DNA of 64,000 bases from Pseudomonadota bacterium (GTDB lineage Bacteria > Myxococcota > JACRCW01 > JAFGSX01). The DNA lies in NCBI GenBank assembly GCA_043821645.1, contig JBDRCO010000037.1, positions 96,001 to 160,000 of the forward strand. Reading direction: 5' to 3'. The translations under genes and the position numbers were made by a program. Each line of letters opens with the position of its first letter. Within the stretch, counting starts at the first letter, position 1. The notes below the pieces were generated by a model. It searched no databases. It was given only the letters and a program-made list of their open reading frames with translations, and was not told where the DNA came from. This document shows, piece by piece, positions 1 to 9,819 of the stretch.

Positions 1-2
1 GG

Positions 3-1328
3 GCCGGCAACCTGAGCTACCGCTGGCGTCCCGAGACGACGCTCATCGATCTCAGCGTTGGGCAGGAACTGGGGTATCGCCTGGGCGCGGCCTTCCGCCT
101 GCACGACGTCGCCGCACTGCCCATGACCCTGGCCGCCAGTCTCAATGGTTCGACGCCCCTGCTGGCGCCCTTTCAGCAGCTCAATCAGAACCCACTCGAG
201 CTGCTGTTCCTGGTTCGCTACGACCTGACGCCCGCCCTGGAGCTGTTTGGAGGCACAGGCACCACCCTCGCAGCAGGCTTTGGCGCCCCGGATCTGCGCC
301 TGGTGGGTGGCGTGCGCTGGGCTCCCCGGGTCCGGGATCGCGATGGCGACGGTTTCAAGGACCGTGAGGACGGGTGTCCTGACGAGCCCGAGGACAGGGA
401 CGGCTTCGAAGACAGCGACGGCTGTCCCGAACCCGACAACGACAGGGACGGCGTTCTCGACGGTGTGGATACCTGCCCGCTTGAGCCTGAAGACGTGGAC
501 GGGTTCGAGGACGCGGACGGCTGCCCGGATCCGGACAACGATCAGGACACAGTTCTCGACGCCGAGGACAAGTGTCCGCGCACGGCCGGCCTGCCCGAGG
601 AGAACGGATGTCCGCGCCACGACCGCGATGGCGACGGCATCGTCGACAAGAAGGACAAGTGTCCGGAAGAGGCCGAGGACATGGATGCCTTCGAGGACGC
701 GGACGGCTGCCCGGACCTCGACAATGACAAAGACGATGTGCCCGATGTCGAAGACAAGTGTCCGTTGGACCCCGAGGACAAGGACGAATTCGAGGATACG
801 GACGGTTGCCCGGATCCCGACAACGACCAGGACGGGATCCTGGATCCCGACGACAAGTGTCCCCTCGAGAAGGAGGTGATCAACGGCGTCGAGGACGAAG
901 ACGGCTGTCCGGACAAGGGTCGTCAGATCGTGATCGTGACCAAGGAGAAGATCGAGATCACCCAGCAGGTCTACTTTGACTTCGGCAAGGCGACCATCGA
1001 ACAGCGCAGCCACGACCTTCTCAAGCAGGTGGCGCTGACCCTCAAGGCCAATGCGCAGATCTCGAAGATCCGCATCGAGGGCCACACTGACGACATCAGC
1101 AGCGAGGAGTTCAACCTCGAACTGTCGCAGAAGCGCGCCGAGGCGGTCCGCGACTTCCTGGTGGCCCAGGGGGTCGAGGCCAATCGCCTCGAGGCCCAGG
1201 GCTTCGGGGAGAGCCGGCCCATCGACAGGCGCCAGACCGAGGCTGCGCGCGAGAAAAACCGCCGCGTCGAATTCAATATAGTGGAGATCAACGGCCAGCC
1301 TGCCGTTTCCCCCGAGCCATTGCCGTGA
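3..1328 (+). CDS. OmpA-family outer-membrane protein with thrombospondin type-3 (TSP3) Ca-binding repeats; 5'-truncated by the window edge (TraB-like architecture)
   Basis: Frame is open from position 3. Beta-strand-like N-terminal part, repeated DxDxDG..D.CP..PED.DGFED.DGCP units, and C-terminal OmpA motifs IEGHTD, LSQKRAEAV, NRRVEF. Confidence 0.9.
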   Translation, partial: AGNLSYRWRPETTLIDLSVGQELGYRLGAAFRLHDVAALPMTLAASLNGSTPLLAPFQQLNQNPLELLFLVRYDLTPALELFGGTGTTLAAGFGAPDLRLVGGVRWAPRVRDRDGDGFKDREDGCPDEPEDRDGFEDSDGCPEPDNDRDGVLDGVDTCPLEPEDVDGFEDADGCPDPDNDQDTVLDAEDKCPRTAGLPEENGCPRHDRDGDGIVDKKDKCPEEAEDMDAFEDADGCPDLDNDKDDVPDVEDKCPLDPEDKDEFEDTDGCPDPDNDQDGILDPDDKCPLEKEVINGVEDEDGCPDKGRQIVIVTKEKIEITQQVYFDFGKATIEQRSHDLLKQVALTLKANAQISKIRIEGHTDDISSEEFNLELSQKRAEAVRDFLVAQGVEANRLEAQGFGESRPIDRRQTEAAREKNRRVEFNIVEINGQPAVSPEPLP

Positions 1329-1445
1329 GTGTCGGGCGTCGTCACCCGACGCCCAGCGGGCCTTCGGCTTTGCGCCAGATCGTGCAGGCGGCCCGGACGT
1401 TTGCAGGGGGGGGTAAAAAAGGGGCATCGTCGCAAGGGGGATTTC

Positions 1446-2261
1446 ATGAAGAGCTGGACCTGGGCCATCTTCGTCGCCGCGGCGGCCCTAATTGCGGCCG
1501 CTGTCGTCTTCACCCAGCGAAGCAGCGAGACCTCGCTGCACGGTGTCGAACCCCCTGAGCGCGAGTGGCCCGCCGAGCCACCACCCGAGCCGTTGCCTCG
1601 TCCCTTCGAGGGCTTCGAGCCGCAGCGTCCCGCGATACGGCAGCCCCTGCAGCGACCGTCGCGGGCCGCCAGCCAGGTCCCATTGAACCGCACCACTCCC
1701 ATCCGCGGCAGGGTGCAGGAGCCGTGGGTGCAGCGTCAGTCCTCGCCCTCGGTCGAGCGGCGGGAGGGGTCGCTGAGCTATCGTTTTGCACCGGGACTCG
1801 CCCCGGTACAGGCCGGGTGCCTGCGCGCGGGCAGCTTCGAGGTCACGCAGCCCCGGCTCGATGCCGCGAGGCTGCGTCTGTCTGCCTGCCGCGGTACCGC
1901 CTCGGCCTGCGCGGGCAGCGGAGGCAACTGGGTACTGGCCCGGGTGTGCCCGCAGGGCCGCAGTGGCGTCGAGAGCTGCACGGATCTTCCGGCCTTCGTC
2001 GACTACGGGCACTTCTCGCTGTCGAGCTGGATGGAACTCGGGTCTGCTCTCGCACGCCCCGGGCGCTACGACGTGCACTTCTGCGACGCGGGCTGTGCCC
2101 AGGCACCGTCAGAGGTGCATGGTCCGTGCTGCTCACCCGGGGACTGCACGGCCTGCCAGGGCGACATCCCCACGGCTTGTCCAGGACCCTTCACCGGGCC
2201 CTACGCCTTCGCGCACCTGAACTGGATCGAGGTCGAGCTGGAGGACATGGGCGCGCACTGA
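1446..2261 (+). CDS. Hypothetical protein, N-terminal membrane anchor, Pro-rich linker, Cys-rich C-terminal domain
   Basis: ATG at 1446 after AAGGGGG; hydrophobic WAIFVAAAALIAAAVVF; GC3-rich codons. Confidence 0.65.
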   Translation: MKSWTWAIFVAAAALIAAAVVFTQRSSETSLHGVEPPEREWPAEPPPEPLPRPFEGFEPQRPAIRQPLQRPSRAASQVPLNRTTPIRGRVQEPWVQRQSSPSVERREGSLSYRFAPGLAPVQAGCLRAGSFEVTQPRLDAARLRLSACRGTASACAGSGGNWVLARVCPQGRSGVESCTDLPAFVDYGHFSLSSWMELGSALARPGRYDVHFCDAGCAQAPSEVHGPCCSPGDCTACQGDIPTACPGPFTGPYAFAHLNWIEVELEDMGAH

Positions 2262-2405
2262 GATCTCGCTACCGCCGGCCACAGCTCTCGACGTCAGCTG
2301 GCGCAAGCTGCGCGTGCTCGCGCCTTGACACCCCTCGGCACCACGGCCGACACTGCATCCGTGGCCCTTCCGTCGACGGTGCACGCACGCGCAGAGGAAC
2401 CGACC

Positions 2406-2918
2406 ATGGCCCCTGACCTTGGAATCGACGTCGAGACCTTCAAGAAGGAGTGCCGCCTTTTCGAGCTGCTCGATGAGGCCGGGCGCCTGCGCATGATGGA
2501 AGCGGCCGAGCCTGCCCTGTACGCCGACGGTGACACGATCGTTCGGGAGGGTGACCCGGGCACAAGCATGTTCGTGATCCGCAAAGGCGGCGTGCGTGTG
2601 GTCATCGAGGCGCTCGAGGGCGAGAAGGAAGTCGCGCGTCTGGGTGCCGGGTCCTTCTTTGGCGAGATGGCCGTGGTGCTGGGCGAGCCGCGCTCGGCTT
2701 CCGTCATTGCCGACGGGGCGGTCGATGCCTGGTGCTTTGGCAAGCTCCCCATCGACGCCATCCTGCTCGACTACCCCAAGGTCCGCGAGGTGCTCGCGCG
2801 TCTCAGCCTCAAGCGTAGCGAGATGACCCTGGAGAAGATGCTCGAGACCGATGACAGCGCGGCGTTTGCGGACAGCGATGACGATTCCGTGGACGACGAT
2901 GAGACCGGGGATCCGTGA
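2406..2918 (+). CDS. Stand-alone cyclic nucleotide-binding domain protein
   Basis: IVREGDPGTSMFVIRKG...LGAGSFFGEMAVVLGEPRSASV cNMP signature; GAGGA RBS; acidic tail. Confidence 0.9.
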   Translation: MAPDLGIDVETFKKECRLFELLDEAGRLRMMEAAEPALYADGDTIVREGDPGTSMFVIRKGGVRVVIEALEGEKEVARLGAGSFFGEMAVVLGEPRSASVIADGAVDAWCFGKLPIDAILLDYPKVREVLARLSLKRSEMTLEKMLETDDSAAFADSDDDSVDDDETGDP

Positions 2919-2948
2919 CATGGCACCGGGCTGAACCCGGTCACAGCA

Positions 2949-3596
2949 TCACATCTCGCGAAGCAGACCCGCGATCATGCCGCGCAGGTTCTCGGCCTGC
3001 TCCACCATGGTGTCGTCGATGCCATCCACCGAGGCGAGGGTCTCGATGAGCTTGGCGCTCTGGCTGAGGGCGGACCGCAGCAGTGTGCGCGGCTCGGCCT
3101 TCTGCTGGCGGGGTCGGCTGGTGAAGGCCTGGGGTGCCTCTTCACGAAAGCGTTTTCGCAGCTCGCTGACGCCCAGGTCCTCGTCGAAGGCGGCCTGGGA
3201 CAGGTCGCGGTACACGGGTTCGGGGACGCGCTCGTTGTCCTTCATGCGCGCCAGCAAGTCGACGCTTCGATAGTCTGGCACCCGCGGTGGTGGCTCGCCC
3301 TGAGCAGGCATCTGCACCATGCTGGGCTGGGCCTCGGACAGGTACAGGAAGCTGCGACAGAGCTTGGCGGCGGTGTCGCTGGTGATGCGCAGCTCGTCCT
3401 TGCAGTAGTCGTTGAAGTTCTCGAAGCCCCAGTCGCGGAAGGACTGGCTGGTGCGAACCCGCGTCAGTTCCTCGCCCAGACGCACCCAGGACGCCTTGAA
3501 CTCGAGAGCGGCATTGAGCACGCCATAGCGCATGGATTCCGGATCCAGCTCCGCCAGGCGCTCTTCGATGATGGTCTCGCCGCGGGTCTTGCTCAT
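2949..3596 (-). CDS. Conserved hypothetical helical protein
   Basis: Protein-like ORF (SWVRLGEEL...WGFENFNDYCKDELRI); its ATG overlaps the helicase stop codon. Confidence 0.8.
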   Translation of the reverse strand: MSKTRGETIIEERLAELDPESMRYGVLNAALEFKASWVRLGEELTRVRTSQSFRDWGFENFNDYCKDELRITSDTAAKLCRSFLYLSEAQPSMVQMPAQGEPPPRVPDYRSVDLLARMKDNERVPEPVYRDLSQAAFDEDLGVSELRKRFREEAPQAFTSRPRQQKAEPRTLLRSALSQSAKLIETLASVDGIDDTMVEQAENLRGMIAGLLREM

Positions 3597-5329
3597 CGTC
3601 GGCCTCGTCCTCCTCCTCCGCTCCGGCCCCGGGGTGGCCCCTGCCTGCCGCCACGGCTGCTCCTGTCACCGCCGCTGCGTCCGGAGCGTTCGGGCCCACG
3701 GTGGCTGCGCTCTGCGCGCAGAGTCAGCGGGCGACCGTCGGGAAGGGTGAGGGCCTCGCTGCGCTGTAGCAGCTCGCGCGCCACTTCCGCCTCGATGTCG
3801 GCAAAGGATCGATCGGGCTCGACCTGCACCTCGAGGATGGACGACTCCGGCACCTGGCCCTGCGTGTGCAGCACCTGGCGCAGGGTGGCCTCGTCGAGAT
3901 TGTGGTCCGCGCCGGCGTCGATGAGCACGCGTTGCGGTGTGCTGCCCGAGTCCATCCGCCCGCGGCCAGTGCGCTGACCCGGGGTGCGCTCCTCGGAGAA
4001 GTAGGTTCGTAGCAAGAAGGCTACGGCCTCGGCTCCCTGGTCGCGGTCCATCAGGCTGCGCGCGATCTGCAGATACTGGCTGGCCTCGACATGCTCGGCG
4101 TCCGTGAACAGGGTGCGCAGGATGCGATCGGTCTCGATCTCCACGATGGTCTCCGCTGAGGGCAGGGTGCGCTCCTCGAACTGCACGTCATAAAGGCGCT
4201 CGATCTCGCGAAGGCGCGAGGCCGAGAGGCCCCGGATCAGGGACACGGCCGCACCACGCTTGCCGATGCGACCGGTGCGCCCGGCCCGGTGCAGATACAC
4301 CTCGGTGTGCTCGGGCAGGTCGTAGTTGAACACGTGGGACAGCTCGCTGATGTCGATGCCCCGGGCGGCCACGTCGGTGGCCACCAGCAGCGGCAGCTCG
4401 TGTGCCTTGACCTGGGCCATCACGCGCTCGCGCTCGCGCTGGCCGAGGTCGCTGTTGAGCAGGCCGGCCTTGAAACCGAAGCGCCTGAGCACGCTGTAGA
4501 TCAGCTCGGTCTCGCCGCGGCGATTGCAGAACACGATGGCCGAGTCGGGCTTCTCGACCTCGATGACATGCAGGAAAGCGCGTGGCTTGGGCATGGTGTC
4601 ATCGACGCGGTAGATGACGTTGGCGATGCCGGCCACGGTCATCTCGTCGCCGCTGAGCTCGATGCGCTGCGGATCGCGCAGGTAGCGCGCGGCTGCGGTC
4701 TGGATCGCCTGGGGCAGGGTGGCCGAGAACAGCAGGGTCTGGTGTGGACCGCGAATGCGCTCGAGCACGCTGGTGACTTCTTCCCAGAAGCCCATCGACA
4801 GCATCTCGTCGGCCTCATCGAGCACCATGAACTCGACGCGCTCGACCCGCAGGGTGCCGCGGCGCATGTGATCGAGCACCCGGCCGGGTGTGCCGACGAC
4901 GATGTCGACGCCTCCGCGCAGGGCATCGAGCTGGGGTCCGAAGGCCGCACCGCCGTAGATGCAGGTGACCCGTAGCCCGGTGTGGCGGCCGATGGCTGCA
5001 AGCTCCCGTGCCACCTGCATGGCCAGCTCGCGGGTCGGGCACAGGGTCAGGGAGCGAATGCGGTCGGGCAGGTGCTGGCCCAGGCGCTGCACGATGGGGA
5101 CGCCAAAGGCCGCGGTCTTGCCGCTGCCGGTCTTGGCCTGGACGATCAGGTCATGGCCGTCCACCACCTGGGCGTAGGTCTCGCGCTGCACCGGGGTGGG
5201 GCCCTGGTAGCCAAGCTCGCCCAGGCCCTTGAGCACCTGCTCGCTCAGCCCCAGCTCCTCGAAGGAGCCGCTGGGCATCTGGCTGTTTTCGACGCGCTCG
5301 CTGGCGCTGGAATCAGAGGTCGTTGTCAT
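3593..5329 (-). CDS. DEAD-box RNA helicase (DeaD/CsdA-like, probable DbpA-type C-terminal RNA-binding domain, RG-rich tail)
   Basis: Q motif PTPVQ, AKTGSGKT, PTRELA, DEAD, SAT, ARGID, HRAGRTGR. Start placed at ATG 5329. Confidence 0.95.
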   Translation of the reverse strand: MTTTSDSSASERVENSQMPSGSFEELGLSEQVLKGLGELGYQGPTPVQRETYAQVVDGHDLIVQAKTGSGKTAAFGVPIVQRLGQHLPDRIRSLTLCPTRELAMQVARELAAIGRHTGLRVTCIYGGAAFGPQLDALRGGVDIVVGTPGRVLDHMRRGTLRVERVEFMVLDEADEMLSMGFWEEVTSVLERIRGPHQTLLFSATLPQAIQTAAARYLRDPQRIELSGDEMTVAGIANVIYRVDDTMPKPRAFLHVIEVEKPDSAIVFCNRRGETELIYSVLRRFGFKAGLLNSDLGQRERERVMAQVKAHELPLLVATDVAARGIDISELSHVFNYDLPEHTEVYLHRAGRTGRIGKRGAAVSLIRGLSASRLREIERLYDVQFEERTLPSAETIVEIETDRILRTLFTDAEHVEASQYLQIARSLMDRDQGAEAVAFLLRTYFSEERTPGQRTGRGRMDSGSTPQRVLIDAGADHNLDEATLRQVLHTQGQVPESSILEVQVEPDRSFADIEAEVARELLQRSEALTLPDGRPLTLRAERSHRGPERSGRSGGDRSSRGGRQGPPRGRSGGGGRGRR

Positions 5330-5548
5330 CAGGTTTTCTCTCTCGCGGCCCCATGTTGCACAGCCACGGCCCGGGAGCAAGCGCGGGGCGCAGGTGGTCC
5401 TCCCGGACCGGGACCGCTGGTGGCCAGCCTGCACCCTGTGCGCTACATGGCACACGGCGCGTCCGCTGGCTGTCTGCAGGGCTGGTGGGCGCGGTCTGAC
5501 TGTGGCGCCCGGCAGCTGCCGGAGCCCTTCACCGCGGGAGGATACTGC

Positions 5549-5989
5549 ATGACCACCATCGCCGAGATCCTGGAACACAAGAACCGCACCGTGCACAGCA
5601 TTGAGCCCGACGCCATGGTGTTCGAGGCCGTCAAGAAGATGGTCGCCACCAACGTGGGCTCGCTCATCGTGCAGCAGGGTGACGACGTGGTGGGGATCAT
5701 CACCGAGCGCGACTACCTGAGGCAGATCGTGCTCAAGGACCGCTCGTCCAAGACCACCCCGGTACGCGACATCATGTCAGCCAAGGTGGTCGTGGTTTCG
5801 CCCGAGACCACCCTCGAGGAGAGCATGGCCGTGATGACACAGCGGCGTTTCCGGCATCTTCCGGTGGTCGAGGGAGGAAAGGTCGTTGGCCTGGTGTCCG
5901 CAGGGGACATGATCAAGCAGCTGTCCCGGGACCAGCAGGTGCACCTCAAGTATCTCGAGGACTACATCTCGGACCGCTACCCTCGCTGA
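5549..5989 (+). CDS. CBS-domain pair protein
   Basis: GGAGGA RBS; VGIITERD and RHLPVVEGGKVVGLVS motifs. Confidence 0.92.
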   Translation: MTTIAEILEHKNRTVHSIEPDAMVFEAVKKMVATNVGSLIVQQGDDVVGIITERDYLRQIVLKDRSSKTTPVRDIMSAKVVVVSPETTLEESMAVMTQRRFRHLPVVEGGKVVGLVSAGDMIKQLSRDQQVHLKYLEDYISDRYPR

Positions 5990-6082
5990 AGCCCCGGCTC
6001 ACCCCGCATTTGACAGGCCCCGAGCAGACTCGATACCTTGACGCCGTGGACCACGCCGAGACGGCGGGTCAATGGGTGAACC

Positions 6083-7468
6083 ATGAGGAAGCGAATCATC
6101 GAATTGTGTGTCCTGCTGGGGATCACCTGCGGCCTCGCCATCCACCAGGTGGCCTGCGAGTGCGATCCGCCCTCTCTGGTGGACATCCCGGAGCCGGATA
6201 GCCAGACCGATATCTTCTCGCAGAAGGCGGCCGCCGAGGTCGACATCCTGTGGGTCGTGGACAACTCGGAGTCCATGGAAGCCGAGCAGAACAAGATCGC
6301 GGACCGCTTCAGCACCTTCTTCAAGCAGCTGCTCATCTCGCAGGTCAACTTTCACATCGGCGTGATCACCACGGACATCGACGAGGGCGGAGCGCTGCAG
6401 CAGTACACGGGTCAGATCGTGGCGAACTGCGACGGCTGCCGCTTCATCACCAAGGACGTGCCCTGCCCGAATCCCGACGTGAGCTTCAACCCCGGTACAC
6501 CCGAGGCCCAGATCGAGGCGGGTCTGGCCACCGAGTGTCCGTCGCAACTGGTGTTTCGCAAGCTGATCAAGGTCGGCACCGATGGCGCCAACTTCGAACA
6601 GGGTCTCACCACTGCGGCCCTGGCGCTGGGGGCCCGCATCGATCCGGCGACCGGTGGCCCGCAGGTCGACTCCAGTGGCAACCGCATCATCCCGCCCGAG
6701 AACGTGGGCTTTCTGCGCTCGACTGCGAGCCTGTACCTGATCTTCGTCAGCGACGAGCAGGACAGCTCGCGAGGACCCACCCGCTACTTCTACCGCCTGT
6801 TCGAGGGCCTCAAGTACGCGGGGAACGAGAACCGGATCGGCATCTCCGCGATCACGGGGTGGCCCGTCGAGAGTCAGGGCATCCCGATGGACCGCGTGTG
6901 CGAGATCCTGGACTCCAGCTTCGACAGCGATCCTGGCAACGACGACCCCAACCTGCAGACCGTGTACGACATCATGGACATGACCTACGGCGGCTGCTTC
7001 GACCCCAGTGACTCGAGCCCCAATCGCTTCGCGGCGGTGGGCGCTCGTTTCGTCGAGCTGGCCTGCCGCACCGGCGGCGTGGTGGCAGATATCTGCTCCG
7101 ATAGCTACTCGGACGCCCTCGAGGACCTGGGCGCCAATGCTGCAGGCCTGCTGCGCAAGTTCGAGCTGTCCAAGCCCGCGACGGAGGTTCACTTCGGCGT
7201 GGATTGCGAGCCCTTCACCTCGGACGATCCCTCGGTGGCCTGCGGCGAGATCAGCGAGGTGGATCACGCCTCGCCGCTGTGTGTGATCGCCACGCCGCTG
7301 GCCGGCGGCGGGGAGACCGTGGTGCCCATGTCAGAGGTCAGTGGCTGGCGCTTCGAGAAGAGCACCAACAGCATTCGCTTCGACGGTTCCTTCGTCCCGG
7401 CACCGGGTACCGAGGTTCGCATCAGCTACAAGCTGCGCCCCTCGTCCCTGCCCAAGTGCACGAACTGA
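6083..7468 (+). CDS. Exported protein/lipoprotein with vWA-like (MIDAS) domain
   Basis: Signal peptide ending VACEC; DILWVVDNSESMEAEQ (DxSxS), IGVITTD, LIFVSDEQD. Confidence 0.8.
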   Translation: MRKRIIELCVLLGITCGLAIHQVACECDPPSLVDIPEPDSQTDIFSQKAAAEVDILWVVDNSESMEAEQNKIADRFSTFFKQLLISQVNFHIGVITTDIDEGGALQQYTGQIVANCDGCRFITKDVPCPNPDVSFNPGTPEAQIEAGLATECPSQLVFRKLIKVGTDGANFEQGLTTAALALGARIDPATGGPQVDSSGNRIIPPENVGFLRSTASLYLIFVSDEQDSSRGPTRYFYRLFEGLKYAGNENRIGISAITGWPVESQGIPMDRVCEILDSSFDSDPGNDDPNLQTVYDIMDMTYGGCFDPSDSSPNRFAAVGARFVELACRTGGVVADICSDSYSDALEDLGANAAGLLRKFELSKPATEVHFGVDCEPFTSDDPSVACGEISEVDHASPLCVIATPLAGGGETVVPMSEVSGWRFEKSTNSIRFDGSFVPAPGTEVRISYKLRPSSLPKCTN

Positions 7469-7480
7469 GAGGACACCGTC

Positions 7481-8419
7481 ATGAACAGAACCCACCTCCT
7501 CCTCGTTCTTGGCGCGGTCACCCTGCTCGGCCTCGGCCTCTCGGGTGCCATCTGCGGCACCACCGTCAACCAGGATTCCTGCACCGTCGACGCCGAGTGC
7601 AACCCCGGCGGTGGCAACAACTGGAGATGCGACCAGGGCTCGGGCAACTGCCTGTGCAACAACAACTCGGCCTGTGATGCGGACACTGAGTTCTGCAACC
7701 CGCAGGGCTTCTGCCAGGAACGTGCAGGCTGCTACAGCAACATCGACTGCACGGCGCCCAGCTTCTGCGACATCACCACTGGCGAGTGCCTGGACCCGCG
7801 CAATGCCAGCAAGAATTGCTCGGTCGATACGCACTGCCCCTTCCTCTACTACTGCAATGGCGCGGTCTGCGTGCCGGGCTGCCAGGACGCCAGCGACTGT
7901 CCGCTGGGTTACGGCTGCTTGCTCAACACCTGCGTCGAGGGCGGCTGCTCGACGCGCCTGGACTGCGACTACGGCGAGAAGTGCGTGAGCAACCGCTGCG
8001 CGCCGGGTATCGACGCCAACACCTGCCATGACTGCTCGTCCACGATGGGTCGGGCCAGCTGCGTCGCCAGCGGACACGAGTGCCTGATCAACCAGACCTA
8101 CGACTCGGCGGATCCCCGGACGCGGCCTGAAGAATATTGCACGCCCACCTGCTCGACGGACGAGGACTGCCCCATGGGCTTCTTCTGCGCCGAGATCTTC
8201 ACCGTCACGTCGACCTGCACGCGGGGCCAGACCTGCGCCAACGGCCAGACCTGCCGCGTTGGCTCCGAGGCCACCACGGGCTACTGTCCCTGCCTGACCA
8301 ACGGCGACTGTCCCATGGGGACGGGTCCCTGCAACGACGACGGGCTGTGCCTGTACAGCATGGCCTGCGGTCTGTTCTCCAACCTGCAATGCTACGACGT
8401 CGGCGTGACCAATCCCTGA
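7481..8419 (+). CDS. Exported Cys-rich repeat protein
   Basis: Signal peptide; repeated C-x4/5-C-P-x3/4-C-x4/6-C units; GAGGA RBS. Confidence 0.85.
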   Translation: MNRTHLLLVLGAVTLLGLGLSGAICGTTVNQDSCTVDAECNPGGGNNWRCDQGSGNCLCNNNSACDADTEFCNPQGFCQERAGCYSNIDCTAPSFCDITTGECLDPRNASKNCSVDTHCPFLYYCNGAVCVPGCQDASDCPLGYGCLLNTCVEGGCSTRLDCDYGEKCVSNRCAPGIDANTCHDCSSTMGRASCVASGHECLINQTYDSADPRTRPEEYCTPTCSTDEDCPMGFFCAEIFTVTSTCTRGQTCANGQTCRVGSEATTGYCPCLTNGDCPMGTGPCNDDGLCLYSMACGLFSNLQCYDVGVTNP

Positions 8420-8438
8420 TGACGGACCAGGTCAGCGC

Positions 8439-9620
8439 TTGAGGACCTTCTGCGCGATCTTCGTCGCGTTCGCGCTTCTCGTTCTGACGGGCGGGAATTG
8501 CCAGGGACCGGTCTCTGGCCCCTGCACCCGAGACGACCAGTGTGGCGACTATCGCTTCTGCGACGAGGTCCACGGCACCTGCCGCTGTGCGGATGACCGC
8601 GGCTGTGGCCAGGACGAATTCTGCAACCCGGCCTTCAACTGTCAGGTCCGTACCGGCTGCCTGGACAACAGCGATTGTCTGGGCGCAACCTTCTGCGACA
8701 TACACAGTGGCCAGTGCATCGGCACCGATCAGTGCTCACTGGATACACACTGCACCTTCAACAGTGTGTGCGACACGACCCAGGGGTCCTGCGTGCCGGG
8801 TTGCCGCGACGAGGCCGATTGCGTGCTCGGCTTCGCCTGTATCGGCGCCACCCGCACTTCGCTGGGGCAGTGCGCGGTGGGGGTGTGCCGGGGTAACGAC
8901 CTGTGCAAGGTTCAGGAGATCTGTGACCTGTCGACGGGGACCTGCATCTACGATGACCGCGGGCCCTACTGCGGCGCCTGCCAGAACCTGTGGACCGATG
9001 ACGAGTGCGGCGGCGGCGCCAATTACTGTCTGGTCGACACCGCGGATCCCTCGGGCCGCAGCTACTACTGCGGTGTGGACTGCTCCCAGGGCCAGGCCTG
9101 CCCCTACGCGTACGAGTGCCACGACGTGATCATCCTGCCGCCCGCGGCACCGCTGTGTCGTGTCGAGCGCTGCGACGCTGGCCGCTGCAGCGTCAACGGT
9201 GGGCTGTGCAACAACAACGAGGACTGCCCCTACGGGCCGCCAGGGGGCGACTGCGCTCGCGCCAGGGTGGGGAACTGTGTCGACGACCAGACCCGGGCCT
9301 GCAGCAACGACGATGAATGCTGCAACAACCCACCCTGCGCCGAGGGTGGCTGCGTGCTGCAGGAGTGCCGGGGCGGCGAGGGGGATGCCCTGGGACATTG
9401 CACCTGTACCCGTGACCTCGATTGCCCATCGGACGAATGCCGCGGTGCCGACCTGAGTGACCCCAACAACCAGATCCCGGGGCACTGTCTGCTGGGTGGG
9501 CACGCCTGCTTCGACGACATCGACTGTGATGTCATCGCCTGTGTCGAGGGCGGCTGCATGATCGGTCAGAACTGTGCACCGGCCAATGACAGGACCTGCC
9601 GCGACCTCGCCATGCCCTGA
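8439..9620 (+). CDS. Exported Cys-rich repeat lipoprotein (paralogous to upstream gene)
   Basis: TTG start, hydrophobic signal then GGNC; shares EFCNP.G.CQ.R.GC..N.DC...FCDI..G.C with the 7481 protein. Confidence 0.82.
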   Translation: MRTFCAIFVAFALLVLTGGNCQGPVSGPCTRDDQCGDYRFCDEVHGTCRCADDRGCGQDEFCNPAFNCQVRTGCLDNSDCLGATFCDIHSGQCIGTDQCSLDTHCTFNSVCDTTQGSCVPGCRDEADCVLGFACIGATRTSLGQCAVGVCRGNDLCKVQEICDLSTGTCIYDDRGPYCGACQNLWTDDECGGGANYCLVDTADPSGRSYYCGVDCSQGQACPYAYECHDVIILPPAAPLCRVERCDAGRCSVNGGLCNNNEDCPYGPPGGDCARARVGNCVDDQTRACSNDDECCNNPPCAEGGCVLQECRGGEGDALGHCTCTRDLDCPSDECRGADLSDPNNQIPGHCLLGGHACFDDIDCDVIACVEGGCMIGQNCAPANDRTCRDLAMP

Positions 9621-9640
9621 TCTCTGATGACGTGTCATCG

Positions 9641-9700
9641 GGAACCAGGAACCAGGAACCAGGAACCAGGAACCAGGAACCAGGAACCAGGAACCAGGAA
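9641..9700. repeat. Perfect intergenic tandem repeat (GGAACCA)x8 + GGAA
   Basis: Read directly: 60 bp with no mismatches; preceded by inverted repeat GATGAC-GT-GTCATC at 9626-9639. Confidence 0.97.
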
Positions 9701-9819
9701 TATGTTCAGGTCTGCGCCCCGAGGCCTCTGGGTGACGGCGCGTCGATCAGCGACCGATTTGCGCAGCCGGGGAGGGGACGTCATACTTCGATCAGCAGAT
9801 AGCGCTGTCGAGGTCTTAC

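Noticed and set aside
340-920. DNA-level repeats (gacggctgcccgga...)
   Set aside because: Explained by the coding TSP3 repeats.
5330-5596. Mutual 5' overlap of the helicase and CBS ORFs in the ORF track
   Set aside because: Upstream alternative starts; the plausible starts (5329 and 5549) leave a normal divergent intergenic region.
9641-9700. Possible CRISPR array
   Set aside because: 7-bp units with no spacers and no cas genes.
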